This document shows, piece by piece, positions 7,614 to 17,763 of a stretch of 64,000 bases of DNA. Positions within the stretch are counted from its first letter, which is position 1. The number at the start of each line of letters is the position of its first letter. The notes beneath the pieces were generated by a model. The model saw only the letters and a list, made by a program, of their open reading frames with translations, searched no databases and was not told where the DNA came from. The stretch is from sequence record SRR31156797_6344, one strand, 5' to 3'. Position numbers and translations under genes: made by a program.

Positions 7614-10406
7614 TTATAAGCTACTAATCTTTATTTCTAAAGCTTTCTTCTGATTTAAAAATTTAGCGTCATCAGTAACAATTCTATCCAGGACAATTTT
7701 TGCTTGTTGGATTTGTCCATCAGCAATAAGACTTTCTGCATAATGTAAAGCAATTTCCGGGTAAGTACTGATAGCCTGATATGCCTCTTTTAGAATAGAA
7801 ACAGCTGTTTTAATTTCCCCTTTTTTTAGTAAGCAGTAACCATGAGTATCACTAATTTGCGGATGACCATTTGCGAGTTGATAAGCTTGTTCCGAATATT
7901 GACAAGCTAGAGTGTAGTCTTCTTGGTCCAAATAAAGCCAGGATAAGTTGTTTAGTGCAATTACGTTTTTGGGTTCTCTCGCTATGATTTCTTTGTATTG
8001 TGTAATAGCTGCTTTTTCATCAAATTGTGTTTGGACATCTGCGAGTAAGAGTTGCAGTGCTTTAGCTTTATCTGGGTGGGATTTGATAACACTTGTGAGA
8101 AAATCAGCTGCCAAAGATGGTTGTTTGTTAGCAGTGTAAAGTGTTGAGAGTTCTTTGGCTGTTTCGAGTCCAGGGTTTACCTCATAGCGTTTTTGAAAGA
8201 TAGGTATAGCTTTATCAAATTTATCATGCTTCACATAAAGCATACCTTGGAGCTTCAGCGTGTAATCTAAGTTTCTTACGTTTGGAGCTAACGAATCTAA
8301 AATTGTTTGAGCGTTATCTAACTTACCTGAACTGATTAAAAGATCGGCTTTCATTATAGGAAAGCGGATGTCATTGGGAAACAGGTTAATAGCTTTATCA
8401 GCCATAATGATCCCAGAGCTATGTTTTTTGTTTAAGGCTGATATATGAATAGAACGGATATAAGCATTTACATCAGTCGGAGCCATTTTCAACCATTTTG
8501 AGTATGCACGTTCAGCGTCCACCCACTGTTTTTGAGCAAAGTATATATTTCCGATCATTTTCCAGATATCGGCTGTTTTATCTTGTTCTGGTAGTTGTTC
8601 TAACATTGCTAAAGCTTGGTTTATATTACCACTTAGTGCTAACGCCATAGCCTTCTGAGGGATAAGATCAACGTTATCTGGATCTTCCGATAGCTGCTTA
8701 TTGATGAGTTCAAGTAACTCAGACGTTTTATTTGTTTGTTTACTCGTGATGTACAATAGCCTAGTAGCTGACCTATCATTGGGAGAAAGTTGTTTGGCTT
8801 TGTAGGCGTACTTAAACGCTTCTTCCCATTCTCCGGAGTTTGTAAGAATTTGCGCATAAAGAAAATTTGCGCGCTGATGTTCTGGATTGATACTTAGAGC
8901 TTCAAGGTAAGTTTGCTTAGCTTGATCGATCTCCTGACGTGCTTGGAAAGTGGTCGCTTTCAACGTCAGAGCATCGGCATCTTTGTTATTAGCTTTAAGC
9001 CATTTGTCTGCAATTTCGTCGGCTTCATCGACAGCACTTAGTTGCAAATAATAGTAGCCTATGCCTAACTCTGCTTTTCTTTGGTCTGGTTGTTCTTGGA
9101 CAGCAGATTTTAAATCTTCTATACCGGATGCGTCTTTGCCAGACAGTTTGACCATGCCTAACATCATTTCATTAAACTGACCGTCATCACTTTCATACGC
9201 TTTCTGAGCGAGTTCGAGGGCTTCCTCATTACGTCCCAGTTTTGATAGTTCCATACTGGATTGCGCGAGAAAAGCGCTAGTCTCTTTTGATTCAGAGTTC
9301 AGTGCGGATAACTCTTCCACTGCCTCGTCTATGTAGCCGAGTTTAAACTGCGTCGCAATGTATAGACGTCTCGCGAAATGGTCTTCTGGTAAGCGTGGAG
9401 TAACTTGTCTTAAACGATTATTGGCTTGTTCATACAGTTTTAGTCTATAGGCTGAAACCCCTGAAATTAGCGCGGCAGACAGGCTGTTTGAGCCATTGTT
9501 TAATGCTCGGTCTGCATGCTGCTTAGCGGACTCAAAATCGTTAGTTGAAAAATCGATGGTTGCTTTCAGGTCATTGGCTAGGATCTGGTTGGGGTTTTGT
9601 TTTAAAATACTATCAATATATGGTTTCGCCTTGTTTAGCTGCCCGTCCATGACCAATGCTCTGGATATAAACAGGGTAAAATAAGATGCTTTTGGTGAGA
9701 TTTGATAAGCTCTGCTATAGCTTTCAGCTGCAAGATCATAACTTTTCTGTGCCATTTCTAAATGGCCTTTGAGCAACCAAGCGTCAGTGTTTACATCATT
9801 AATGCTGATCACTTCATCGACAATACTCAGCGCTTGATCGATATTTCTTTGCGCAGCATCCAGCCTTGCCTGACTGAGTTTGACATATTGAGAGTCTAAC
9901 GCTGTATCCCCAGCAAGTTGTAAGCTTTGTTTTGCTGCATCAACTTGGTTTAGATTTAGTTCGGCGATTGCTTTTACGGCTAGAAGCTCGCTGTTTACGT
10001 AAGGGTCACTAAAACGGTTTGCTTCAATATAGTCTATGACCTCTTGGTTTTTGGCCATGTTCAGTTTGACTCTCATTAACAGAGGGACGACATCTTCGGG
10101 TGTTGCCCCCAGTTCAATGGACCTTGCTAACTCTTTCTCCGCATCAAGATAGCTGCCTTGTTGTGCGTATATTTGACCGAGAAGAACACGAGGCAGAGCT
10201 TCATTTGGGGAGTTCTGAATCGAGTTTTTTAATTCGATAACTGCCGCTGGAATATCATTTTTTTCTAGGTGTTTTTGAGCATTATCTAGATATTTGTCAG
10301 CTAAAGAAGAGTAGCTATAAAGCAATGACGTGGTTAAAGTAAAAATAAGCGTGGATTTTCTTATAAATTTCTGACGTAACTTCAGCATATCTTTCCCTGA
10401 TAACAT
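7614..10406 (-). CDS. prsT: PEP-CTERM system TPR-repeat protein PrsT
   Basis: 930 aa of TPR repeats, AVIELKNSIQ, ALNNLSWLY, DTHGY; locus context. Confidence 0.9.
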   Translation of the reverse strand: MLSGKDMLKLRQKFIRKSTLIFTLTTSLLYSYSSLADKYLDNAQKHLEKNDIPAAVIELKNSIQNSPNEALPRVLLGQIYAQQGSYLDAEKELARSIELGATPEDVVPLLMRVKLNMAKNQEVIDYIEANRFSDPYVNSELLAVKAIAELNLNQVDAAKQSLQLAGDTALDSQYVKLSQARLDAAQRNIDQALSIVDEVISINDVNTDAWLLKGHLEMAQKSYDLAAESYSRAYQISPKASYFTLFISRALVMDGQLNKAKPYIDSILKQNPNQILANDLKATIDFSTNDFESAKQHADRALNNGSNSLSAALISGVSAYRLKLYEQANNRLRQVTPRLPEDHFARRLYIATQFKLGYIDEAVEELSALNSESKETSAFLAQSSMELSKLGRNEEALELAQKAYESDDGQFNEMMLGMVKLSGKDASGIEDLKSAVQEQPDQRKAELGIGYYYLQLSAVDEADEIADKWLKANNKDADALTLKATTFQARQEIDQAKQTYLEALSINPEHQRANFLYAQILTNSGEWEEAFKYAYKAKQLSPNDRSATRLLYITSKQTNKTSELLELINKQLSEDPDNVDLIPQKAMALALSGNINQALAMLEQLPEQDKTADIWKMIGNIYFAQKQWVDAERAYSKWLKMAPTDVNAYIRSIHISALNKKHSSGIIMADKAINLFPNDIRFPIMKADLLISSGKLDNAQTILDSLAPNVRNLDYTLKLQGMLYVKHDKFDKAIPIFQKRYEVNPGLETAKELSTLYTANKQPSLAADFLTSVIKSHPDKAKALQLLLADVQTQFDEKAAITQYKEIIAREPKNVIALNNLSWLYLDQEDYTLACQYSEQAYQLANGHPQISDTHGYCLLKKGEIKTAVSILKEAYQAISTYPEIALHYAESLIADGQIQQAKIVLDRIVTDDAKFLNQKKALEIKISSL

Positions 10407-10719
10407 TAAATGATAGGCACGTATCTATGATAGACCATTACTTTTTTAACTGAGCATTAAATTCTTATTTTTGTTACACCTCTAATAGTGGTGAGAGTAA
10501 AGTTAAATCTCAAGTTGTAAATACTGCTTATTTCCCTTTTCTCAATTTTGATAACTTTTTGTTTTATATCTGGTTAGTGAAATAATTTCATAGAAAATAT
10601 CTAAGCGGCATCTATACTCTAAAGATCGTTGTCGCCTATATATAAAATTTACATTAGTTTAGATTGACTGCATGGGTTCAATCATATGGCTGAGATGCGT
10701 TATTAATTAAGGGATTAAA

Positions 10720-11859
10720 GTGGCTGTAAGGGAAACGAATAGCGTTCAGTGTGAATGGTTTAAAAATCCTGACAGGGAATGGTTAAAATCAGTATGGCAA
10801 AGCTTAGAACCTAAAACTGAAGCGAATTTTTTCCTTAGCTGGATGTGGATAGGCACTTGGCTAGATACTTTCGTTAAAGAATTTTATGTAATTGAAGCCC
10901 GTAAGAAAAATGAAACGGTTGGTTTAGGGATCATCGTTACCAAGCCCTGTGGATTCCGGTTTGACCGACTCAGCGCCAAGCATTATTTACATCGCACTGG
11001 GATTCCATCTGAAGATCAAATATGGATAGAATATAACGATTTTCTGATCACCGCCGAAGATACAGATAATATACGTGCCGCTATGTTTTCAAGCGTCGCA
11101 TATCGAATCGGTAAGAAAGAAGCGTTTGTTGTTGGTGCGAGCAAACCAGAGCAGTTTTCTACTGTAAATACGTCTGGCTTGTGTGAACGAAAAATCTGGG
11201 AAACGCACAGTTACTATCTTGAACTCAAAGAATTCTCTCGTGAAACGCCATCTTTGTTGAAGTCTCTCTCCCGCAATGCTCGCTATCAAATCACTCGAAG
11301 TTTACGTAAATATGAGGAAATTGGTCCTGTCACCATAGATACCATGGTCACGGAACAGCAAGCTCTCGATTTGCTTAAATATGCCAGTCCTTATCATTTA
11401 GCGCGTTGGGGCGGGGAGAGTTCAGGAAGTGGCTTAGCGAACAGAAAATTTGTTGCGTTTCATAGGCAACTGATTCGTTCAGGCTTACCTGCTGGAGTTA
11501 TTCAACTTCATCATATTAAAGCAGGTAACGAAACAGTCGGTATCGTCTACAACTTCAATTACAGAAACACGATTTATTTCTATTTTTGTGCAATGAACTA
11601 CAGTCGCGTTGTATCAAGTTCACATTATAAACCCGGACTCGTGTCACACTATTTATTAATAGAAAAAGCCATAAAAGAAGGAGCAGATATCTACGACTTT
11701 ATGGGAGGTAAAGGGAGATACAAGAGTACTTTCGCTAATAAGAGAAGCACTCTATCTGTATATCAGTTTGAGCGAAGTCGTTGGCTTCTCTCTGCCGAAA
11801 ACTGTGCCAGAGATTTAAAGCATAAACTTTGGACCAACAGGAAACCCTATAACGTTTAA
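10720..11859 (+). CDS. GNAT N-acetyltransferase-fold protein, CelD/BcsL-like
   Basis: FFLSWMWIGTW, IWIEYNDFL, LSRNARYQITRS, KPGLVSH, YDFMGG..RYK. Confidence 0.8.
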   Translation: MAVRETNSVQCEWFKNPDREWLKSVWQSLEPKTEANFFLSWMWIGTWLDTFVKEFYVIEARKKNETVGLGIIVTKPCGFRFDRLSAKHYLHRTGIPSEDQIWIEYNDFLITAEDTDNIRAAMFSSVAYRIGKKEAFVVGASKPEQFSTVNTSGLCERKIWETHSYYLELKEFSRETPSLLKSLSRNARYQITRSLRKYEEIGPVTIDTMVTEQQALDLLKYASPYHLARWGGESSGSGLANRKFVAFHRQLIRSGLPAGVIQLHHIKAGNETVGIVYNFNYRNTIYFYFCAMNYSRVVSSSHYKPGLVSHYLLIEKAIKEGADIYDFMGGKGRYKSTFANKRSTLSVYQFERSRWLLSAENCARDLKHKLWTNRKPYNV

Positions 11860-11875
11860 ATGGAACCTGAACTAG

Positions 11876-13375
11876 TTGTTAATTATGGATGATGGCTTAA
11901 ACAAGAAAATGGCAATTGGGTATTTTTGGAGCCTGGTTGCAAAATGGATGAATCGTTTAGTTGGCGTTTTTAGCATGCTTATTCTTGTTCGTCTGTTATC
12001 TCCAGCTGACTTTGGTATTGCAGCGTTGACTAATATCGTTATTGCTTTGTTTATTATGATGTCTGAGGTAGGTACTGAGCAATACGTGATCAAAGCCAAG
12101 CGATGTTCCGATGAATTACTAAACAGCGCCTGGTCTCTCAATCTCACCTTAAAGTGTTTATGCGCCATTTTGATCTGGGCTTTTTCTGGAATGCTAGCGG
12201 GGTGGTTAAATGAACCTAAGCTCGAATCCGTTTTGTTGCTATGCGCCTTGATTCCAATCATTAGCGCACTTAAAAATATTGGATTGGTCCACTACCAACG
12301 AGAGTTAAATTTTTATCCCTTAACCAGACTTGCTATGACGGTGAAGTTACTGGTGTTCCCTGTCACTATTGGTCTGGCAGTTTGGTTGAAAAACTATTGG
12401 GCGTTGGTGGTTGGTGTTATTGCTAATGAAGCGTTTACTTTAGTTGGCTCATATATCGCTCATCCCTATCGCCCTAAGTGGTCAATCAAAGGGTGGAGTA
12501 AGCAGTGGCACTTTTCTAAATGGATGCTTGTGTCAACAATCACTGGTTACATTCGCTCACGTATTGATGTTTTACTGCTTGGTAAGTTTGTTTCTAGCAG
12601 TGACGTAGGGACCTACCGTGTGAGCCAAGAATTTGCCTGGTTACCATTTTCAGAAATAATTTCTCCGGCAACCAGTTCATTTTATTCAGGAATATCCAAG
12701 ATATCTCATAATAGAGACACGTTATACGATAAGATAAATCAGTATTTAGCGGTTGCCTATATTTTGGTTGTGCCATCTGTATTCGGAATATATGCATTAG
12801 CACTCCCTTTTGTTAATGTTTTTATGGGAGATAAATGGGAGGTGGCTGCTCCAGTTCTTGGAATGTTAAGTTTTCTAATGCTTTCTATGCCGCTGAATAT
12901 CGCTCTACAAACAGTTTTGATTAGCTTAGATAAAGTAAAACATTTAGTGCTGATTGATGTTGTTATTGTTGTCTTCATTGTAGTTGGCTTTTACTTGCTA
13001 TATAGCAGGGATATTACGGACTTGCATATTTATACAGAGTATCGGGTTGCTTTGGTTTCGCTGTTTATATTTATGCTGCTACTGGCTTATAAATGGTTAT
13101 TGGGAATGAGCTTAATACGATTGCTATGCGTATTATGTTTTCCGTTTCTACCAGCACTAATTATGTATGAGCTACTGATGATTTTGCAGCCTAAATTGTT
13201 GTTTTCAGAAGCTATAAACTTGTTATTGTCAGTGGGGGTTGGCGTCGCTGTTTTTGCTCCATTGATGCTGGTAATTATCTTTATACTTAAGCGTTTTTCA
13301 CCCGATTATGCGTATCTGGCTGAGTTAGTTTTACGAGTCAAAGGGGCTGTCTTTACCAAGCTGAAATACAAATGA
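11876..13375 (+). CDS. wzx: Oligosaccharide flippase (Wzx, PST family) 1; start may be ATG 11885
   Basis: ILVRLLSPADFGIAA, YWALVVG, multiple TM helices. Confidence 0.88.
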   Translation: MLIMDDGLNKKMAIGYFWSLVAKWMNRLVGVFSMLILVRLLSPADFGIAALTNIVIALFIMMSEVGTEQYVIKAKRCSDELLNSAWSLNLTLKCLCAILIWAFSGMLAGWLNEPKLESVLLLCALIPIISALKNIGLVHYQRELNFYPLTRLAMTVKLLVFPVTIGLAVWLKNYWALVVGVIANEAFTLVGSYIAHPYRPKWSIKGWSKQWHFSKWMLVSTITGYIRSRIDVLLLGKFVSSSDVGTYRVSQEFAWLPFSEIISPATSSFYSGISKISHNRDTLYDKINQYLAVAYILVVPSVFGIYALALPFVNVFMGDKWEVAAPVLGMLSFLMLSMPLNIALQTVLISLDKVKHLVLIDVVIVVFIVVGFYLLYSRDITDLHIYTEYRVALVSLFIFMLLLAYKWLLGMSLIRLLCVLCFPFLPALIMYELLMILQPKLLFSEAINLLLSVGVGVAVFAPLMLVIIFILKRFSPDYAYLAELVLRVKGAVFTKLKYK

Positions 13376-13408
13376 CCCAATTTATTAAACTTATCTTAAG
13401 TTGTACTT

Positions 13409-15190
13409 TTGACTAATGGAATAACGATTTTGAGAAACGGAAAGCAATCGTCAGTACTGGTTCTTGGAGAGGATACTCGGAGTTTCCTTTCGGTTATTCG
13501 TTCATTAGGAGAAGCAGGTTATCGAGTGCATGTTGTCTGCTATGATCGAAAAAGTGCAGCGTTAGAAAGCAAGTACATCGAAGCGCAATATTACTATAAC
13601 TACCAGTCCTGTACTCAGGAAGAGTGGTTGAACAATGTGGTTAAGCTCATTGAGTGGTACCAATATGATTTGATTTTTCCCTGTGATGAAAGAGCTATCT
13701 ACCCTCTGTGGTCAGCGAGACATCGTTTACCTGATCATACTCAACTTGCAATAGCAAATCCTAAAGGTTTGGATGTACTTTTTGATAAATGGAAGACAAA
13801 GCAAGTTGCAACTTCCTGTCAAGTGCCTGTAGCAAAAGGGGAGATTGTTGACCTGCATAAAACATCCTATGCAGACTTGTATCAACAATTCGGTCCTGAG
13901 TTTGTTATTAAGCCATTACAATCATTCGAAGAGACAAACCTGTCCCAAAGGCAAAAGGTGATAATTGTTCACTGTGAACAGGATTATGAACGATATTGCG
14001 AACAAAGTTTAGCTGAACAGCTTTACCTTATTGAAGCCTTCTTTGCTGGTAAAGGTGAAGGTGTATCTGTGTTTTCGGTTGATGGCCAAGTTCATGCTGC
14101 ATTTGCTCATAAGAGAGTGGCAGAGCCCAACAGCGGAGGTGGGAGCTCATACAGAATTAGTATTAAGCTGGATGAAGCACTGCTAAAAGCGACTCAAGAC
14201 ATTTGCCACGCAACTAACTACACCGGCGTGGCTATGTTTGAGTTTAGGCGTAATCAGGATGATGGTAGCTGGATACTGGTTGAAGTGAATGCTCGGTTTT
14301 GGGGTTCACTTCCGTTAGCCGTTTTTGCTGGAGTCAATTTTCCTGCACTGTATGCTGATTACTTAGCTACAGGTGCTTTGCCTAAAGAACCTATTCTTGA
14401 CTATCGGCAACGTGTCACCGCTCGAGCTCTGATTGCCGATCTTTATGAAATAAAACGGGAACTTGAAACCGCTCAAGAGGGAAACAGTCAGTTTAAAGGT
14501 AGAGCTACTGGTATGTTGCGATTACTTGCGATAACTAAGTTAGTTACTCCTTTTGAAACAGTAGACAGCTTCAGTTGTAAAGATTTGGGGCCATTTTTTG
14601 GGGAAGTCAAAATACTAGCGAGTGCATTTACTGGTGCAATGTTTAAGAAAAATCGGTTGCGACTGCTTATTCGTCGAATTAAAACCCGAAATAAAATACG
14701 TAAGTTGCTCAAGATTAATAATAATCGGCGAATTATTTTTATTTGCTACGGAAACATTATGCGTAGTCCGTTTGCCGAAGTTTGTTTGAAAAGCCAGTTT
14801 TCTGAAGAGAGTGGTAAACGATGCGATTCATATGGATTTCATCTACACGAACAGCGACAAAGCCCAGACAACGCGATGAAAGCAGCAACTGCACTTAACT
14901 ATGATTTGTCTAACCATAAATCCAAATGGTTGACACAAAATGATATGACTGAGTCCGATATTGTTATTTATTTTGATGAACGCAACCAGGAAAAGCTGCA
15001 ATCTTACTATTATCTAAATCATATGTTTTGTGCTGCGGATTTGTTAGGGCAGTCTTTTCCACTGACGCATGAAATCAGCGACCCATATGGTCAAAGTGTT
15101 GCTGATGTTGAGGCGTGTTATAAGCAGATAAGTAATGCTGTGCAAGGGTTGTTTGATATCGTCAAGGAGGTAGAACTGTGTCAGGGGTAA
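13409..15190 (+). CDS. ATP-grasp ligase fused to a C-terminal low-molecular-weight phosphotyrosine-phosphatase-like domain
   Basis: VIRSLGEAG, DKWKTK, VIKP, GVAMFEF, LVEVNARFWGS (ATP-grasp), then FICYGNIMRSPFAE and ISDPYG (LMW-PTP). Confidence 0.85.
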   Translation: MTNGITILRNGKQSSVLVLGEDTRSFLSVIRSLGEAGYRVHVVCYDRKSAALESKYIEAQYYYNYQSCTQEEWLNNVVKLIEWYQYDLIFPCDERAIYPLWSARHRLPDHTQLAIANPKGLDVLFDKWKTKQVATSCQVPVAKGEIVDLHKTSYADLYQQFGPEFVIKPLQSFEETNLSQRQKVIIVHCEQDYERYCEQSLAEQLYLIEAFFAGKGEGVSVFSVDGQVHAAFAHKRVAEPNSGGGSSYRISIKLDEALLKATQDICHATNYTGVAMFEFRRNQDDGSWILVEVNARFWGSLPLAVFAGVNFPALYADYLATGALPKEPILDYRQRVTARALIADLYEIKRELETAQEGNSQFKGRATGMLRLLAITKLVTPFETVDSFSCKDLGPFFGEVKILASAFTGAMFKKNRLRLLIRRIKTRNKIRKLLKINNNRRIIFICYGNIMRSPFAEVCLKSQFSEESGKRCDSYGFHLHEQRQSPDNAMKAATALNYDLSNHKSKWLTQNDMTESDIVIYFDERNQEKLQSYYYLNHMFCAADLLGQSFPLTHEISDPYGQSVADVEACYKQISNAVQGLFDIVKEVELCQG

Positions 15191-16152
15191 AATTGGCGGT
15201 TGTGATTCATGCAGAAGAAGAGTTTGATTGGGACGCTGGTTTTTATCGTTCTAATACTCAAGTGACACATGCAGACGCTCTTATTGCACTCGTTGATGAA
15301 GTTCTACATCTCGATGGTAAAGTAACCTTAGCGATGGATTATCCTTTTGTGACCAGTGAGGGTGGCAGAAAGGTTGTAGATTATTACAAATCTGATTCTG
15401 GATCGCGAGTTGAGTTTGCTACACACCTACACCCGTGGGTCAGCCCTCCTTTTGATAACAATCTTGATAAAGTGTCTGATGACACTTCTTACCCTGGAAA
15501 CTTGCCAAGAGATTTAGAGTTTGAAAAATTAAAAGTGTTAACTGACACGATTGAAACAATAACGGGTACGCGCCCAAAAACGTATCTTGCTGGACGCTAT
15601 GGTATTGGTAAACATACTCAACAGATATTAGCCGAACTGGGCTATAACTTAGATCTAAGTATCAGCGCATACTGCGATTTTACTCATCAGCAAGGGCCTG
15701 ACTTTAGTCACTATACGAACAAACGTTTTAGCGACAACCAAGTTACCTATTTACCACATACCAGTTCTATACTTTCGACGTTTTCTTGGTTAGATCGATA
15801 TCTAAACACTAAGCCTAAGCTGTTTACTCAAATACAGTCCAATATCTTGACTCGCCAGTTAAGTAAAGTTCTACGTATCAGACGTTATCGTCTATCACCG
15901 GAAGGTTTCACATTTGAACAGATGAAAAAGCTCACTGAAACACAGTTAGAAGTTGGCCAACGAGAGTTTGTAATGTCATTTCATTCACCTAGTGTTAAAC
16001 CCTGTTTGACGCCTTATACAACTTCGCTTCAAGAGGTTGAATCTCTGGGGAATGAGTTAAAAAAGTACATTGAGTGGATTAAACAAAATCACAGTGCGAA
16101 CCTGATTCTTCCGCAAAGTCTTTTAGTTACTGATCGAGATATTGAGTTATGA
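15178..16152 (+). CDS. Polysaccharide deacetylase, WalW-like
   Basis: HAEEEFDW, HLHPWVSPP, YLAGRYG, LSPEG, SFHSPS. Confidence 0.82.
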   Translation: MSGVKLAVVIHAEEEFDWDAGFYRSNTQVTHADALIALVDEVLHLDGKVTLAMDYPFVTSEGGRKVVDYYKSDSGSRVEFATHLHPWVSPPFDNNLDKVSDDTSYPGNLPRDLEFEKLKVLTDTIETITGTRPKTYLAGRYGIGKHTQQILAELGYNLDLSISAYCDFTHQQGPDFSHYTNKRFSDNQVTYLPHTSSILSTFSWLDRYLNTKPKLFTQIQSNILTRQLSKVLRIRRYRLSPEGFTFEQMKKLTETQLEVGQREFVMSFHSPSVKPCLTPYTTSLQEVESLGNELKKYIEWIKQNHSANLILPQSLLVTDRDIEL

Positions 16153-17000
16153 AAATCCACGTCCATCCTTGTCAAAGAAAGAATATTGGTGATGAGTTCA
16201 ACTTGTGGTTTTGGGAAGAAGTCTTTGGCAACGATCTCATTACATTAATGCCTGATGATCAGCTTTTAGTTGGTATTGGAACCGTTTTGAACAACAAGTT
16301 ACCTGCAGCATCAATGCTACATATATTAGGAAGTGGTGTGGGCTATGGGCAAAACAATAATTTAAAGATGAAAAACTGGAACATTCATTTTGTTCGAGGT
16401 TGTTTGAGTGCACAGGCTTTAGGTATCGATAAACAATACGCAATTTCGGATCCGGGAATACTGATTAGCCAATTAAGGCCTCAAGCGGTGAATAAAACGA
16501 TTCCCATTTCTTTTATGCCACATATAGGTATTGATTCGGAAAGGTATCAGTTATTGATAGAAGGTATGGGGTGGAACTATATATCTCCTTCAGATGAGGA
16601 ACATATTATCCTACAACAGATAGCGGCGAGTGAAAAACTGATTACATCAGCGATGCATGGTGCGATTATCGCTGATTCATATCGAACACCCTGGCTGCCC
16701 ATTATCACCTCAAATGAGATTCTACCGTTTAAATGGTATGATTGGTTTAGCTCACTAAATATTGATACGCAACTCACAAAAGTCCCCGCTTATTGGGGAA
16801 CGATTGACTCGAGTTTAAAATTTAAAATAGCAGATAAAATTAAAACGCAATCTTTAAAAAGTAAGCTTGCTAAGCTAAGTAAAACAAATCCATTTTATCT
16901 CAGTGGCGATAAGATTTTGGCGAGCAAACAGGAACAATTGTTCACTAAACTGGATCAAATTAAAGATAGTTGGCAAAAGGAATGTAGACAATGCAGTTAA
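16149..17000 (+). CDS. Polysaccharide pyruvyltransferase, ExoV-like
   Basis: NIGDEFN, VGIGTVL, GSGVGYG, VRG, DPG, FMPH, AMHGAIIADSYRTPW. Confidence 0.85.
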   Translation: MKIHVHPCQRKNIGDEFNLWFWEEVFGNDLITLMPDDQLLVGIGTVLNNKLPAASMLHILGSGVGYGQNNNLKMKNWNIHFVRGCLSAQALGIDKQYAISDPGILISQLRPQAVNKTIPISFMPHIGIDSERYQLLIEGMGWNYISPSDEEHIILQQIAASEKLITSAMHGAIIADSYRTPWLPIITSNEILPFKWYDWFSSLNIDTQLTKVPAYWGTIDSSLKFKIADKIKTQSLKSKLAKLSKTNPFYLSGDKILASKQEQLFTKLDQIKDSWQKECRQCS

Positions 17001-17752
17001 AGAACTACGTAGGACAGTTTAGGAGTAGAAAAGCGCATATCTATTGTATAGGCGCAGCTAAGACTGGAACGACTTCGATAGCACAAATGTATAACGGGTG
17101 TTTGCGTACTGCTCATGAGCCTGATGTGTATGAAACGACAGATTTGGTAATGCGCTATCTTAAGGGGGATATATCTCCGAACACTTTAGCCACTGAATGC
17201 AAGAGTAGAGATAAACGTCTTAATTTGGAGTTAGAATCTTCGCATCCATTAGGGTATTTATCATCTACACTTGTCGATATGTTCCCAAACTCCAAATATA
17301 TCGTAACCGTTAGAGGGGCTCACTCTTGGTTGAGGTCTCGACTGAATTTTCACCAGCATCGTAGCCCTCAAGAATGGCAAAAATATCGAGACTTTATTTG
17401 GTCGAAGCACCATCAAGGTTATGCTCCAGAAGAAAAAGTGTTGGAGAACAATGGTCTTTATTCCATCGATGCATATTTAAAGCAGTATTCTGAGCAGTAC
17501 AAAATTATTTTTGACGCAATACCAGAATCAAAAATGCTAGTGGTTAAGACAAGGGACATTTCTAACAAAGTCCACGAAATGAACAGTTTTATAGGGTTAG
17601 AAGCCGTAGACATTAAAGCAGTACATACTAATAAAATGAATGTCAGAGAGAGTTTGTTTGATGCGATTCCGCATGAATTTGTTTCAAGCCGAATTGAGCA
17701 GCATTGTGGATGGTTACAGCAAAGGTTCTTTTCAGATAAAGAGTCAGAGTAG
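16991..17752 (+). CDS. PAPS-dependent sulfotransferase
   Basis: 5'-PSB loop IGAAKTGTTS and 3'-PB motif IVTVR...SWLRS. Confidence 0.82.
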   Translation: MQLKNYVGQFRSRKAHIYCIGAAKTGTTSIAQMYNGCLRTAHEPDVYETTDLVMRYLKGDISPNTLATECKSRDKRLNLELESSHPLGYLSSTLVDMFPNSKYIVTVRGAHSWLRSRLNFHQHRSPQEWQKYRDFIWSKHHQGYAPEEKVLENNGLYSIDAYLKQYSEQYKIIFDAIPESKMLVVKTRDISNKVHEMNSFIGLEAVDIKAVHTNKMNVRESLFDAIPHEFVSSRIEQHCGWLQQRFFSDKESE

Positions 17753-17763
17753 TAGGTAGAGCT

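Noticed and set aside
7614-10406. Internal repetitiveness of prsT
   Set aside because: Protein-level TPR repeats, not a DNA repeat element.
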